This document shows, piece after piece, positions 40,369-52,447 of a stretch of 64,000 bases of DNA; position 1 is the first letter of the stretch, and each line of letters opens with the position of its first letter. This DNA comes from a plasmid. The notes under the pieces were generated by a model. It was not told the origin of the DNA and ran no database searches. It saw nothing but the letters and a program-made list of their open reading frames with translations. The translations under genes and the position numbers were made by a program. Location of the stretch: the NCBI RefSeq assembly GCF_988243305.1, contig NZ_OZ547137.1. One strand, given 5' to 3'.

Positions 40369-40896
40369 GTGAGATCATCGTCCCCTCCCGGTCAGTTCAC
40401 GGATCAACACTGTGAGCAGCTCTGGTGAAGGATTTTCCAGCGTCATGTTACCGTGACGGAACTCAACCTTACAGGAGCTGGCACTGACTGTGGTCTGAGT
40501 AGATAAAGACGGAGTAAGAGCAGCCACCGGTTCTTTCGGTTCATCCGGCGTTATCTCCACAGGTAATAATTCAACGCCAGTGTCAGAAGAGGTTGTTACC
40601 GGAAGACGCCGCGATATACGCCCTTCATTCTGCCAGAGCCTGAGCCATTTGAACAGCAGGTTATCATTGATATCGTGTTCCCGGGCAATACGGGCAACAG
40701 AGGCTCCTGGTTGTAAAGCCAGTTTAACCATTTGAAGTTTAAACTTATTTGAAAATGATCTGCGGGGTTCTGCGGATAATGCTTTCTGTTCCATAACAGG
40801 TGTCTAACTATTGGGGCGCACTTCAGTTGAAAAGGTGGGCACCTAAGTTACCAATACTGGCTTAATGGCTACATACGGCGGTCAGTTTACGCTTAC
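40369..40896 (-). mobile_element. IS66-family element fragment (left end plus tnpA), truncated by IS629
   Basis: Terminal gtaagcg...-type inverted repeat (complement near 40890..40896); only the first IS66 gene remains. Confidence 0.55.
40375..40794 (-). CDS. IS66-family TnpA (orf1, HTH accessory protein)
   Basis: 139 aa; RRSFSNKFKLQMVKLALQPGASVARIAREHDINDNLLFKWLRLWQNEG pattern. Confidence 0.55.
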   Translation of the reverse strand: MEQKALSAEPRRSFSNKFKLQMVKLALQPGASVARIAREHDINDNLLFKWLRLWQNEGRISRRLPVTTSSDTGVELLPVEITPDEPKEPVAALTPSLSTQTTVSASSCKVEFRHGNMTLENPSPELLTVLIRELTGRGR

Positions 40897-41102
40897 TTCA
40901 TGACCTGATGAAAAGACCTGTCCGGGGCTTTGACATCCACCAGGGCCTGAAGGACGAGGCTTTACGGTGCACCCGATAAAGAACAACAGACACCCCGGAA
41001 AGTGTCTGTTATGTTCTGCGCTTCTTGCTTTATTTCAGTATCACGACAGGAATATTTTCCGCGTGAGATATGAAGTAATTAACCATAAGCATCTGTTATT
41101 TA

Positions 41103-42599
41103 TCAGAAAAATACTGCATTTATAATCAGCAGCGTGACTGTACCTGACGCCCATAATATGGTTGAGGTTATGCTCCAGACCCGGATCTGTTCCTGTACTT
41201 CGGTAACCCCCAGAGAACGGTTTACAACCCAGAAGTAGGCATCGTTAAAATAGGAGAACATGAAAGAACCAATCGTACAGCCAAGACCGGCAATGATTGG
41301 ATCAACACCCAGTGTACCGATCATCGGCGCGGTGATGCTGGCCGCGGTAATCATCGCCACGGCACCGGACCCCTGGATAAGGCGGATAAGCGTGGACAGG
41401 AGTAAAGGCAACAGTACACCGGGAACGCCAATTTTAACGATATAACCTGCAATCATATTGGCGGCACCGGAATCCCTCAGAACCATCCCCAGAGCACCAC
41501 CTCCTCCAATCAGCAGTAAAATGATACCAGCCGATCGGATAGCATTGTCCATACTGTGGGTCACTTCTTCTCGCGCATAATGACTTCCGAGGCCAATAAC
41601 CGCAATCAGAAGTCCACATCCCACAGCCACGACCGGGTGCCCGATGGTGATGAACATTCTTGATACCGTCCCCTGCCAGTGACCAGCCCATGTATCTGCA
41701 ATGCCGCTTTCCCGGAAGAATGTCGCCAGCAGGATCAAAATAATCGGCACAAACAAAGGCGCGAAGGAAATCAGTGTGCCAGGAAGTTGCTCATCTTCCT
41801 GTGGGTTTAGCACGGGAACAGCCTGCCATTCACGGGTAAAGCCTTCGCCATCTTCCGTTGGCACAATAAAAATGCGTTTTCCCAGCCATGTGGTATAGAT
41901 AAATCCGCACAGCGTGACCGGAATGGCAACCAGCATGCTCCAGAGCATGAATGTCCCTATCGGCATATCAAACTGAGAGGCTACACCGAAAGGCCCCACC
42001 GCCGGAGGGATCATACTGTGGCTGATAACCAAGCCGGCTGCCAGTGTTGCTCCCAGGCCGACAATTGACTTTCCACTGGTACGTGAAAGCGACTTAACAA
42101 GCGGTGTCAGAACAACAAATGCTGAGTCGCAGAATACGGCCATTGAAACAATAAGACCAATCAGGACAAGTGCGAGTTCTTCACGCTCTTTACCCAGCAC
42201 CCGGATAAAGGTCTGAGCCATTTTTCTGGACGCGCCGCTGAGCTGAAGCAAAGCCCCCATCATTACACCAAACCCGATAACGATGCCGATATTACCCAGT
42301 GTTCCGCCAAATCCTTTCGTAATAGACTGAATCATCAGGTCACTCTTCATCCCTCCTAATGAACCCGTAATGATGGCGGCGATAATCAGAGCGGGAAAGG
42401 TGGATATCCGGGTTTTCAGTATCATAAACAACAGGGCTGCAATGGCAACAAGCAGACCACCAATAACATGCGAACTTTCCAGTTCACTGCTACCGTGGCT
42501 TCCTATATAGAAAATAACCAGACCTATAATCAGTATTACAATGCCTTTTAACCTAGGGCTTAATGAATATCTGCCCGTTACTTTTATATTTTCAGACAT
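41103..42599 (-). CDS. GntP-family (gluconate/sugar-acid) permease
   Basis: About 498 aa polytopic membrane protein; start chosen at the Met preceded by an AGGA-like site. Confidence 0.6.
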   Translation of the reverse strand: MSENIKVTGRYSLSPRLKGIVILIIGLVIFYIGSHGSSELESSHVIGGLLVAIAALLFMILKTRISTFPALIIAAIITGSLGGMKSDLMIQSITKGFGGTLGNIGIVIGFGVMMGALLQLSGASRKMAQTFIRVLGKEREELALVLIGLIVSMAVFCDSAFVVLTPLVKSLSRTSGKSIVGLGATLAAGLVISHSMIPPAVGPFGVASQFDMPIGTFMLWSMLVAIPVTLCGFIYTTWLGKRIFIVPTEDGEGFTREWQAVPVLNPQEDEQLPGTLISFAPLFVPIILILLATFFRESGIADTWAGHWQGTVSRMFITIGHPVVAVGCGLLIAVIGLGSHYAREEVTHSMDNAIRSAGIILLLIGGGGALGMVLRDSGAANMIAGYIVKIGVPGVLLPLLLSTLIRLIQGSGAVAMITAASITAPMIGTLGVDPIIAGLGCTIGSFMFSYFNDAYFWVVNRSLGVTEVQEQIRVWSITSTILWASGTVTLLIINAVFF

Positions 42600-42691
42600 A
42601 ATAATTTTATCCTTCTTAAATACAGTCAGTTCTGTATTTAATGATGCAGTCATAGGCACTCCCGCTTAATAAGCGGGAGTTATGTTACCGA

Positions 42692-43690
42692 TTACTGTTT
42701 GCTGAAGCAGGGTGCATATAGCGCTGCCAGCCGGACAGCTTCAATCATACTGACAGGGTCTGCGATCCCTTTTCCTGCAATGTCATTGGCAGTACCGTGG
42801 TCGACGGACGTACGCAGGATGGGCATACCATTGGTGATAGATATCGTGCGATGAAAATCCACCATCTTGGTCGCGATATGTCCCTGATCATGGTAGGGGG
42901 ACAAAACAGCATCGTATTTTCCCTGAAGCGCGAAGTGAAATACGCTGTCAGCCGGTTTTGGACCTGTAATTGAAATCCCGCGGGCCTTCGCCATTTCAAT
43001 ACCGGGCAGCAGAATATCATCATCCTCTGTGCCAAACAGCCCGTGTTCGCCACCGTGTGGGTTAATCGCGGCAATGGTCATACGGGGCTCTTTCAGCCCC
43101 AGCTTCTCTAATGCGTGGGTACACCGGATGGCGTAATCACAGACCTTTTCTGGAGTCAGGCTCCGAATGGCATTGACCAGCGACATATGGCGTGTCAGAA
43201 AGAAGACACGAAGATCGCGAACCTGGAACATCGTCAGGGGATCTGGGGTGTCAGTCAGTTGCCCGAAGATTTCCGTGTGGCCAATGAAATTAACATGACC
43301 CGCTTTCAGCGATTCTTTATTTATAGGCGTTGTGGCCACGGCATCCACATCCCCTGACATTGCCATTCTGACGACTTCTTCAATGCAGTCATACGCAGCT
43401 TTCCCGCACTGGCCCTGAATTTCACCCTGTCGGAATGTACTGAAATCAATATCACCCCGTTCAATCAGGTTCATAACGCCGGGTTGATCATTGAAATCTC
43501 TGATGCTCGGTATCGGGTTTATCTTCAGATTAATATCAGAAAATTTACACGCAGTTTCCAGCACGCGTTTATTTCCAACCACAATCATTCTGGCATATTT
43601 GAATGCCTCTTCAGATGCAATAGTTTTAACGGTAATTTCCGGGCCGATGCCAGCCGCATCCCCCATTGGAATAGCGATCAACGGTTTCAT
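42692..43690 (-). CDS. PdxA-family (PdxA2-like) NAD-dependent dehydrogenase
   Basis: 332 aa; PdxA-like GDAAGIGPE N-terminus and HGGEHG metal-binding-like motif. Confidence 0.7.
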   Translation of the reverse strand: MKPLIAIPMGDAAGIGPEITVKTIASEEAFKYARMIVVGNKRVLETACKFSDINLKINPIPSIRDFNDQPGVMNLIERGDIDFSTFRQGEIQGQCGKAAYDCIEEVVRMAMSGDVDAVATTPINKESLKAGHVNFIGHTEIFGQLTDTPDPLTMFQVRDLRVFFLTRHMSLVNAIRSLTPEKVCDYAIRCTHALEKLGLKEPRMTIAAINPHGGEHGLFGTEDDDILLPGIEMAKARGISITGPKPADSVFHFALQGKYDAVLSPYHDQGHIATKMVDFHRTISITNGMPILRTSVDHGTANDIAGKGIADPVSMIEAVRLAALYAPCFSKQ

Positions 43691-43712
43691 TAATAAATCC
43701 TTCTGGTTGTAA

Positions 43713-45014
43713 TTACATTACTGCTGTTTCTTTTCTCTGCGTTGAAACTTTTGCTGAAAGATAATCGATACAATGTACGAGAGTATTATCATCACCGACA
43801 AATCCACCTTTCGTGATTATCGGTATTTCACAACAGGAACCTCCGGTGAGGTTTCCATAAACAGTTAATGGCTCAACTTCATCTTTTAAAATAACACCAT
43901 TACCCTGAAGTCTTTTGGTAATAGCGACCACAACATCACCACCGCTGCTGTACAGGGCGCTGAAAGGAGAACTTTCCTTTTCCAGTACCTGGGCTGTTAT
44001 TTCAGCAAGGCCTTTATTTATCAGGCAGGTTACTTCATTTTCATCAATGGAATATTTAGCGGAAAGCGTTTTCAGACAACAGATATGTTCAGGAAGCTCT
44101 ACAGTATCAATACCCACCACATCATATTGATCTGTTTTACTGGTCAGATGCGCAACCAGTTCAGATGCAGTCTCCGGGTGAAACGCATAATCAATCAGCG
44201 TCTCTGCAGGTAAGGTTTCGATACAGACCTGCCGTTCATAGCGGAGTTTCCTGATTTGCCGCTGAGTCAGTTCAGAAACGCTGCCTATAGTAACAAAGAT
44301 TTTATTCGTTCTCTTTCTACCACTTGAATAGCGAAGATACGCCAGCTGTGCAGTGAAGACTCCCGGGTCCACGCAAAAGAACGGGACTTTTGTTTTCAGA
44401 ACGGCCGTAGCAATTTGATGAATATCCTCATCTGTCGTGGCATCTATCACCACAATTCTGACATTTTTGTGGTAAAGGGTTTTCAGTTCACGTACCAGGG
44501 TGTTTACTCCCGCCAGAACTGAGCTGAGCGATATATATCCCAGATTTTTATTGGTCTGTTTGCGAAACAGCTCCATAACAGACGATTCTGTCATCGGGTT
44601 TTTTGGATCATTCCGCATTGCTGTATTCTGCAATGGAATACCGTCCACCAGGAGGGAGCCGCCAACGCAAATCCGGCCGCTGGAAGGATAGACGGGGACG
44701 ACAATCGCCATCAGTTGCGGAAAACGGTCAATAACCGCATCCACTTCTGCCCCCAGATTCCCCCGCAGAGTGGAATCGATACGTTTACTGATTGTCGTGA
44801 TTTCTGGGTTAATAATCTCAAGATACCGGGATACCCGCGCATAAGCTTCCTGGTATGAGACCGACCTGGAGTCTGTGGAAAAAGACACGACATCATAATC
44901 TTCGGCATATTCAGGATTATCGAGGCAGGTTAATGTCGTAAATCCCTGGGTACTTAATAATGCTGCGGTGGCATTTGCTCCTGTTAAATCATCAGCAATA
45001 ATGGCTACTTTCAT
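43713..45014 (-). CDS. DUF1537-family four-carbon acid-sugar kinase (OtnK/DtnK-like)
   Basis: 433 aa beginning MKVAIIADDLTGANATAALL, typical of this kinase family. Confidence 0.7.
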   Translation of the reverse strand: MKVAIIADDLTGANATAALLSTQGFTTLTCLDNPEYAEDYDVVSFSTDSRSVSYQEAYARVSRYLEIINPEITTISKRIDSTLRGNLGAEVDAVIDRFPQLMAIVVPVYPSSGRICVGGSLLVDGIPLQNTAMRNDPKNPMTESSVMELFRKQTNKNLGYISLSSVLAGVNTLVRELKTLYHKNVRIVVIDATTDEDIHQIATAVLKTKVPFFCVDPGVFTAQLAYLRYSSGRKRTNKIFVTIGSVSELTQRQIRKLRYERQVCIETLPAETLIDYAFHPETASELVAHLTSKTDQYDVVGIDTVELPEHICCLKTLSAKYSIDENEVTCLINKGLAEITAQVLEKESSPFSALYSSGGDVVVAITKRLQGNGVILKDEVEPLTVYGNLTGGSCCEIPIITKGGFVGDDNTLVHCIDYLSAKVSTQRKETAVM

Positions 45015-45046
45015 TTTTTATACTCCTGGGGACAGGGTGATATTGC

Positions 45047-45754
45047 TCAGTCATCATCGGTTATAACTTCACTAAAGAATTCAAGATCGGCTATTTTATA
45101 TTTGCAGAAAACATTTTTCTTACTGTGGTCGACCAGTAATACAGACTGAATGGCCCGGTTTGCCGCCATCCATTTACAGTCTGCCTTCACCTGGCTTGTC
45201 GTCATGGCACCGTTTTCTTTGCTGAAACCATCAGCACCAATGAAGGCGATATCGAAATAATGTTCAGAGAGAAAGCGTAGTGTTTCACTGCTGTAGGCCG
45301 ATAAACTTTCCCTCGCAATTTCCCCCGGGCAGAGAATTACCCGGATAAGTTCGTTTTCATTGAGCAGACCGGCTGTACTGATATCGTTTGTCAGCACGGT
45401 CAGTGGCATATCAATCAGGCCGGACAATTGTTTTACCGTGGTACCACCATCCATGAATACAGTCTGTTGGGGTCGTAATAATTTGTATGCCTTGAGCACC
45501 ACCGCTTTTTTATAATCCGTGTTCTCTCGGGATTTATTACTGTATTCCGGGCTGTTTTCAATGAAGTTTTTAACGATTTGTCCGCCAAAAATAACCTTCA
45601 CCACACCATTATTTTGAAGTTCCTCCACATCCCTGCGGATAGTCATGTGTGACACCGAAAAGTAATCTGCAAGATAACTGATGGTGACATTGTCATCTTT
45701 GCTGACCATCTCAATGATACGGTTCACTCTGTCGTTTTTGCTGTACCTTGCCAT
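45047..45754 (-). CDS. DeoR-family transcriptional regulator
   Basis: 235 aa; N-terminal HTH (ISYLADYFSVSHMTIRRDVEEL) and DeoR C-terminal sugar-binding pattern. Confidence 0.8.
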   Translation of the reverse strand: MARYSKNDRVNRIIEMVSKDDNVTISYLADYFSVSHMTIRRDVEELQNNGVVKVIFGGQIVKNFIENSPEYSNKSRENTDYKKAVVLKAYKLLRPQQTVFMDGGTTVKQLSGLIDMPLTVLTNDISTAGLLNENELIRVILCPGEIARESLSAYSSETLRFLSEHYFDIAFIGADGFSKENGAMTTSQVKADCKWMAANRAIQSVLLVDHSKKNVFCKYKIADLEFFSEVITDDD

Positions 45755-45905
45755 TAATTGCCACTCTCTTCAGGTCAGCCTCACCATGACGTAAGGCTAA
45801 ATTAAGTTTTAATAATTAAATGTGAACAGATTCACATATTCACATTGCAATCACACTTTAACATTCAGATTCACAAAAGCAGTTTGCTCACTCAGAGAGG
45901 GTATT

Positions 45906-46904
45906 ATGCCATCAGTACAACACGATGCCTCTGCAGGCATTATCACACAGGCCAGGAATATACTGGCCAGCGAAGCACAGAGCCTCCTGGAGGCCATTCC
46001 GACGATCGGAGAATCCTTTGCAAGAGCCATTCGTTTACTGGTTGATACCAGAGGACGTGTGATTGTGACGGGTATGGGAAAGCCCGGGTATATTGCGCAT
46101 AAAATATCTGCCACTCTGGCCAGTACAGGTACCCCCTCGTTTTATCTCCATCCGGCAGAAGCAGCACATGGGGACCTGGGGATGGTGACATCATCTGACG
46201 TCATTCTGGCGTTGTCCAACAGCGGGGAAACACCGGAAATACTGGCGTTGCTGCCTGTGCTGAAAAGGATTGGTCTCCCGATTATTTCACTCTGTGGTAA
46301 TGAAAACTCCACCCTTGCAAAACACAGCGATGTGTTTCTCAGTGCGGCTGTTAAACAGGAAAGTTGTCCCTTAAATCTGGCACCTACAAACAGCACTACC
46401 CTGTCACTTTCTCTGGGAGATGCGATGGCAGTTATTCTGATGAATATCCGAAAGTTCAAAAAGGAGGATTTTGCGTTTTACCATCCCGGCGGAGCATTAG
46501 GTAAACGGCTCCTGACGACGGTCCGGGATATTATGAAATCCGGAGATAACTGTTGTGCAGTGGATCAATCAACATCAATTCTGGATACACTGTTCGCCAT
46601 GACGTCATGTAAGACCGGTGCTGCTTCAGTGATGGATGCTCGCTGTGAGCTCACTGGCATTGTTACCGATGGTGATATCAGGCGGTACGTGATGTACAAC
46701 AACCTGTTCCTTAATAACCCGGTGACTGAAGTCATGACGTCATCACCGGTCTGGATTTATGAAGATGAACTGGTAGAAGTGGCTATCAGGAAGATGCAGC
46801 AAAACAGCCCTTCTCCGGTCTCGGTTCTACCCGTTCTGAACAGAAACCGGAAGGTGACCGGGATAATCAACCTCGCCGATATGCTGAAAAGTGGCTTTCT
46901 GTAA
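45906..46904 (+). CDS. KpsF/GutQ-family sugar-phosphate isomerase (SIS plus CBS domains)
   Basis: SIS motif region (VIVTGMGKPGYIAHKISATLASTGTPSFYLHPAEAAHGDLGMV) then CBS-pair region; start at the internal Met with a GAGAGGG site. Confidence 0.75.
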   Translation: MPSVQHDASAGIITQARNILASEAQSLLEAIPTIGESFARAIRLLVDTRGRVIVTGMGKPGYIAHKISATLASTGTPSFYLHPAEAAHGDLGMVTSSDVILALSNSGETPEILALLPVLKRIGLPIISLCGNENSTLAKHSDVFLSAAVKQESCPLNLAPTNSTTLSLSLGDAMAVILMNIRKFKKEDFAFYHPGGALGKRLLTTVRDIMKSGDNCCAVDQSTSILDTLFAMTSCKTGAASVMDARCELTGIVTDGDIRRYVMYNNLFLNNPVTEVMTSSPVWIYEDELVEVAIRKMQQNSPSPVSVLPVLNRNRKVTGIINLADMLKSGFL

Positions 46905-46979
46905 TTTCAGGTCTGACGTTTCTGTCAGACCCCTGCAAGGTGAATTTGTCGTGGCACAGAAGAGGCAGGACTGTAGTGG

Positions 46980-48229
<1,250 letters not shown>

Positions 48230-48765
48230 TCCAGTGCATCCAGCATGAATGTCGTTTCCATGGACAATGATACCCACCATCCCACGATATATCCGGCAAA
48301 TACATCAATGATGAACGCCACATAGACGAAGCCCTGCCATGTGCTGACGTAAGTAAAATCAGCCACCCACAGCTGGTCAGGACGTTCTGCCACGCACTGA
48401 CGGTTTACGCGGTCACCTGCGGCAACGGTTTTCCGGCTGACGGTAGTGCGGACCTTTTTACCCCGGAGAACACCGGCAAGTCCCATAACCGCCATGAGGC
48501 GCGCCACTGTACATCTGGCCACCCTGATTCCTTCCCGTAACAACTGACGCCAGACTTTACGCACACCGTACACCTGATGATTTTCATCGTATACGCGCTG
48601 TATCTCTCTCTTCAGCCAGTCATCGCGCTGTGCATGTGCACTGCGTTTATCAGGATGATGTCTCTGTTGCTGACAGTGGTAATACGTTGACGGGGCAATA
48701 TGCAGTTCACTGCATACCGGTCTGACCCCGTACTGCTCACGCAGCTTATCCAGCAGTGCCATCAC
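48230..48765 (-). pseudogene. IS629-like OrfB, 3'-truncated
   Basis: N-terminal about 180 aa of OrfB only. Confidence 0.75.
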
Positions 48766-49088
48766 TTTTTCCAGAGGCGGTCGAACTCCGCCTTCGCAAA
48801 ATAAGCGGAAGCCTGGCGAAGGATATTGTTGCTGCGGCGCAGTTCACGATTTTCACGTTCCAGCTCTTTCAGACGCTGACGTTCAGCACTGGTGAGCCCT
48901 CCATCTCCGCCCCCGGTATCCCGCTCATACTGGCGAACCCAGACACGCAGAGTCTCCGGCGTACAGCCAGTCTTTGGAGCAATGGAACAAATTGCCGCCC
49001 ATTGTGAGTCATATTCGCCCTGACTTTCCAGAACCATACGAACTGCCCGTTGACGGACTTCGGGGGAAAAACGAGTATTTTTAGTCAT
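48762..49088 (-). CDS. IS629-like transposase OrfA
   Basis: Identical in sequence to the copy-1 OrfA (same ORF translation). Confidence 0.8.
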   Translation of the reverse strand: MTKNTRFSPEVRQRAVRMVLESQGEYDSQWAAICSIAPKTGCTPETLRVWVRQYERDTGGGDGGLTSAERQRLKELERENRELRRSNNILRQASAYFAKAEFDRLWKK

Positions 49089-49561
49089 CCTGTTTACCTC
49101 TTTCTCAGGGAGTTTAGTCTCCAGGATTTCCGGGGCGGTTCAACTCCGTTGCCTCATCAGTTGTGGTCTACAGCAACATCCACCATTAAACCGCCAACAC
49201 AGACTGTTCCGCGTTAAACGAGTGCGGCGGTACTTTCAGCCCGGAAACCTGGGGAGCGCGCTCGCAGGCATCAGTCTGTTATTTGTTGAAGGGGTTATTT
49301 CCTGCTCTTGTGAATGGAGTTACCGAGATAATGATTGGGTCGAAAGACTCGGCACGCCCTTTTTTTTATGTAAATTCCATAGGCTTAAGCGATGTAAAAC
49401 GTTTACATTTGCTGGAGTCTTTTTATTGACAGATAGTTAACATCTTTGTGATAAACATCACATATGCAAATTTTCATAATAACGAAAACAAAATACAGAA
49501 TAACACTTCCTCCCTCGATATATTACGTTACCCTAACGATAAAATCGGGCGAGTAACAAAT

Positions 49562-50740
49562 ATGAAAGTTTATAATTTTGATAAAGTTATTTCACGCGAC
49601 GGAACCTATAGCGCTAAATATAATAACAAGGGGCGTGACATCATTCCTCTGTCTGTAGCTGATATGGATATTCCTGTAGCTGATTTTATAGTTTCTGAAT
49701 TATCTGTCGCAAATCAGAAAGGTATCTACGGTTATACATTATTAAGTGATGACTGGCAGCAAGTGGCAGCACAGTGGTATCAACGCCATTACTCGTGGAA
49801 GGTCAACCCTGAACACATTGTTTTTTGCCCACGGGTAGTACAGGCCGTCTCATTATTTATCCAGAACTTTACCCAACCGGGAGATGCTATTGTCAGCCTG
49901 ACACCAGCCTATCATCCTATTAGTCATGCAGTTAAAGTCAACCATCGAGTATTGCTGGAAAGTGCGTTACTTTATCGTGACCACCACTATGAAATAGACT
50001 TTGCGGATCTCGAAGATAAGTTTAAAATGGCTTGTTGTTTCATTCTAATATCGCCGCATAATCCAACAGGAACAATCTGGTCAGAAGACAATCTAAGGAA
50101 AATAGCTTCATTAGCAGAAAAATATAATATTTTTATTGTTTCTGATGATGTTCATGCAGACTTCAACTTCACCCAAAAACAACATCAAACAATTTCTTCT
50201 ATAAGCTCATACGTTGCACAAAACTCGTTTATTTGTACATCTCCAGCAAAAACTTTTAATATGGCCGGACTTGAAATCGCAAATATTGTTATTGCTAACG
50301 ATAAATATCGTGAACAGTTTAAATTAGCTCTTATTGCAGCAGGTATCCATAATCCTGGTTATTTCTCTGTTCCTGCATTTCTCTGTGCTTACCGCCATGG
50401 CGATTCTTGGTTAGCAGCATTAAAAGATTATTTGGTCGAAAACAGGAGCTGGGTTCAATCATTCTGCCAAGCTCATTTTCCAGACTGGTTTGTCGCCTCT
50501 GGTGGCGGAACTTACATGTTGTGGATCGACTACCGGGCAATGAACATCAGCGAAGAACAACTACGCCATTGGTTTGTCTCGCTCGCAGGTGTTGAGATGA
50601 GCTGGGGATCAGATTTTGGCGATGAAGGACTTGGTTTTTTCCGTGTGAACATAGCCACGCCGAGAAGCAATCTTACACAAGCATTTGAACGGATTTATCA
50701 GAGCATCCCCTTCACTACAGGAGTTTCCCTTCATGAATAA
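49562..50740 (+). CDS. PLP-dependent C-S lyase / aminotransferase (MalY/PatB family)
   Basis: N-terminus MKVYNFDKVISRDGTYSAKY parallels MalY; class I aminotransferase fold pattern; AT-rich. Confidence 0.7.
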   Translation: MKVYNFDKVISRDGTYSAKYNNKGRDIIPLSVADMDIPVADFIVSELSVANQKGIYGYTLLSDDWQQVAAQWYQRHYSWKVNPEHIVFCPRVVQAVSLFIQNFTQPGDAIVSLTPAYHPISHAVKVNHRVLLESALLYRDHHYEIDFADLEDKFKMACCFILISPHNPTGTIWSEDNLRKIASLAEKYNIFIVSDDVHADFNFTQKQHQTISSISSYVAQNSFICTSPAKTFNMAGLEIANIVIANDKYREQFKLALIAAGIHNPGYFSVPAFLCAYRHGDSWLAALKDYLVENRSWVQSFCQAHFPDWFVASGGGTYMLWIDYRAMNISEEQLRHWFVSLAGVEMSWGSDFGDEGLGFFRVNIATPRSNLTQAFERIYQSIPFTTGVSLHE

Positions 50741-52184
50741 TAACAATACTCCAAGATCCCCAACTCTGGTGGAATCATTATTACCAATACTAGCTATGAT
50801 ACTATTGCTGGGATTTGGTTATGCGGCATTCGATCTGCCACCTGAGCCATTAATGGTTCTTTCAACCGTCATTGCTGCACTGTTAGTTAAGCGGTTGGGG
50901 TATGGCTACAATGCAATCCTTGAATCAATATCGCAGAAAATCGCTAAAACAATGCCTGCTCTGCTAATTTTGATCAGCGTGGGCCTCCTGATTGGGACAT
51001 GGATGATAGGCGGTACTATTCCGCTGATGATTTATTACGGCCTTAATCTGATAAATCCTTCCATGATCTATGTGACGGCCCTGCTCGTTACTGCCATCGT
51101 TTCTGTATGCACAGGGACATCCTGGGGATCCGCAGGCACCGTCGGTGTTGCGTTTATGGGTGTGGCTATCGGAATGGAGGCTAATCTGGCAGCAACTGCA
51201 GGCGCTATTGTGGCAGGGGCTTACTTTGGGGACAAACTGTCTCCCCTTTCTGGTGATACTAACTTAGCCGCAATGGCAGCCCAGATAGATCTCTATGAAC
51301 ACATCGCTCATTTACTTTATACAACCCTTCCTTCATTGATACTGTCAGCCTTTGTTATGACGCTCTATGGGATGAATGGCGAGCTCGGCGGCTCAAACAT
51401 TCCCGAAAAAATTCAGCTAATCACTGAAGGATTAAAAGGAATTTATCATTTTAATTTATTGTTATTGCTACCCATTGCCATTGTCCTGTACGGTTCGATT
51501 ACCAAGAAACCAACCATTCCAATTATGCTTGTTTCGGCACTGGTAGCCATGATCAACGCCAGCGTTATTCAGGGGTTCGCACTACACGACATTGTTAAAA
51601 GTGCAGTAGACGGATTTAACGTTTCAATGCTTACCGATAAAGATGTTAATCCGCTATTAGGTAATTTGTTAAACCGCGGTGGCATGAACTCGATGATGAG
51701 TACGTTGCTTATTTGTTTCTGCGCCCTTTCATTTGCGGGAACATTAGCCTTGAGCGGCGCTTTAGAAGTCATCGTCCATAATCTGCTCAAATTAGTTCAT
51801 TCCACAGGAACCATGATTCTTGCGACTATTGCCTGTGGTTTAACAATGATTAGCGTGACCTGTAATGGTCAGATATCAATCCTGATTCCGATTGAAATGC
51901 TACGAAGTGCTTATATTGAGCGCGGCCTACATCCAAAAAATCTGGCAAGGACTGTAGAAGACTCTGCCACCATATTTGAACCAATTCTGCCCTGGACTGC
52001 CGCGGGTGCCTACATGGCAGGTATACTTGGCGTTGCTACATTAAGCTATCTTCCGTGGGCTATTCTCTGCTGGAGTGGCATTTTCTTTGCGACGCTGTGG
52101 GGGTTCACAGGCTTTGGTATCGCTCGATTGTCCAAAGAAAAGCAGCAACAGCTCATGATGGAAACCATAAATGAAAGCAAATAG
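50733..52184 (+). CDS. NhaC-family Na+/H+ antiporter-like transporter
   Basis: About 483 aa polytopic protein; start overlaps the lyase stop by 8 bp. Confidence 0.65.
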   Translation: MNNNNTPRSPTLVESLLPILAMILLLGFGYAAFDLPPEPLMVLSTVIAALLVKRLGYGYNAILESISQKIAKTMPALLILISVGLLIGTWMIGGTIPLMIYYGLNLINPSMIYVTALLVTAIVSVCTGTSWGSAGTVGVAFMGVAIGMEANLAATAGAIVAGAYFGDKLSPLSGDTNLAAMAAQIDLYEHIAHLLYTTLPSLILSAFVMTLYGMNGELGGSNIPEKIQLITEGLKGIYHFNLLLLLPIAIVLYGSITKKPTIPIMLVSALVAMINASVIQGFALHDIVKSAVDGFNVSMLTDKDVNPLLGNLLNRGGMNSMMSTLLICFCALSFAGTLALSGALEVIVHNLLKLVHSTGTMILATIACGLTMISVTCNGQISILIPIEMLRSAYIERGLHPKNLARTVEDSATIFEPILPWTAAGAYMAGILGVATLSYLPWAILCWSGIFFATLWGFTGFGIARLSKEKQQQLMMETINESK

Positions 52185-52447
52185 AATCGGCCTGATTAAT
52201 ATATTTGATAGTAATTAACCACGTCTACACGCCGCCCCCGATTGCGGCGTGATGTCTGTTACTCTCGCTTCAGCCGTTTGGAATTGCACAGCCACAGGGT
52301 GCTCACCAGTAGCAGGAACGCCGCAGTACATCCATAGACGCTTTATGATCGACGATGATTAATCACACAACCGTGGTGATCCCGATATAGATGTCACGAA
52401 CAGTGCAAAAGTGGCTCTTCCACAACTTGGGTGGAGATTTTCATGCC

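Larger units (their letters stand above)
48230..49141 (-). mobile_element. IS629-like element, copy 2, truncated within orfB
   Basis: Intact left end (49141) and orfA; orfB ends abruptly at 48230 where the other IS3-family element begins. Confidence 0.8.
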
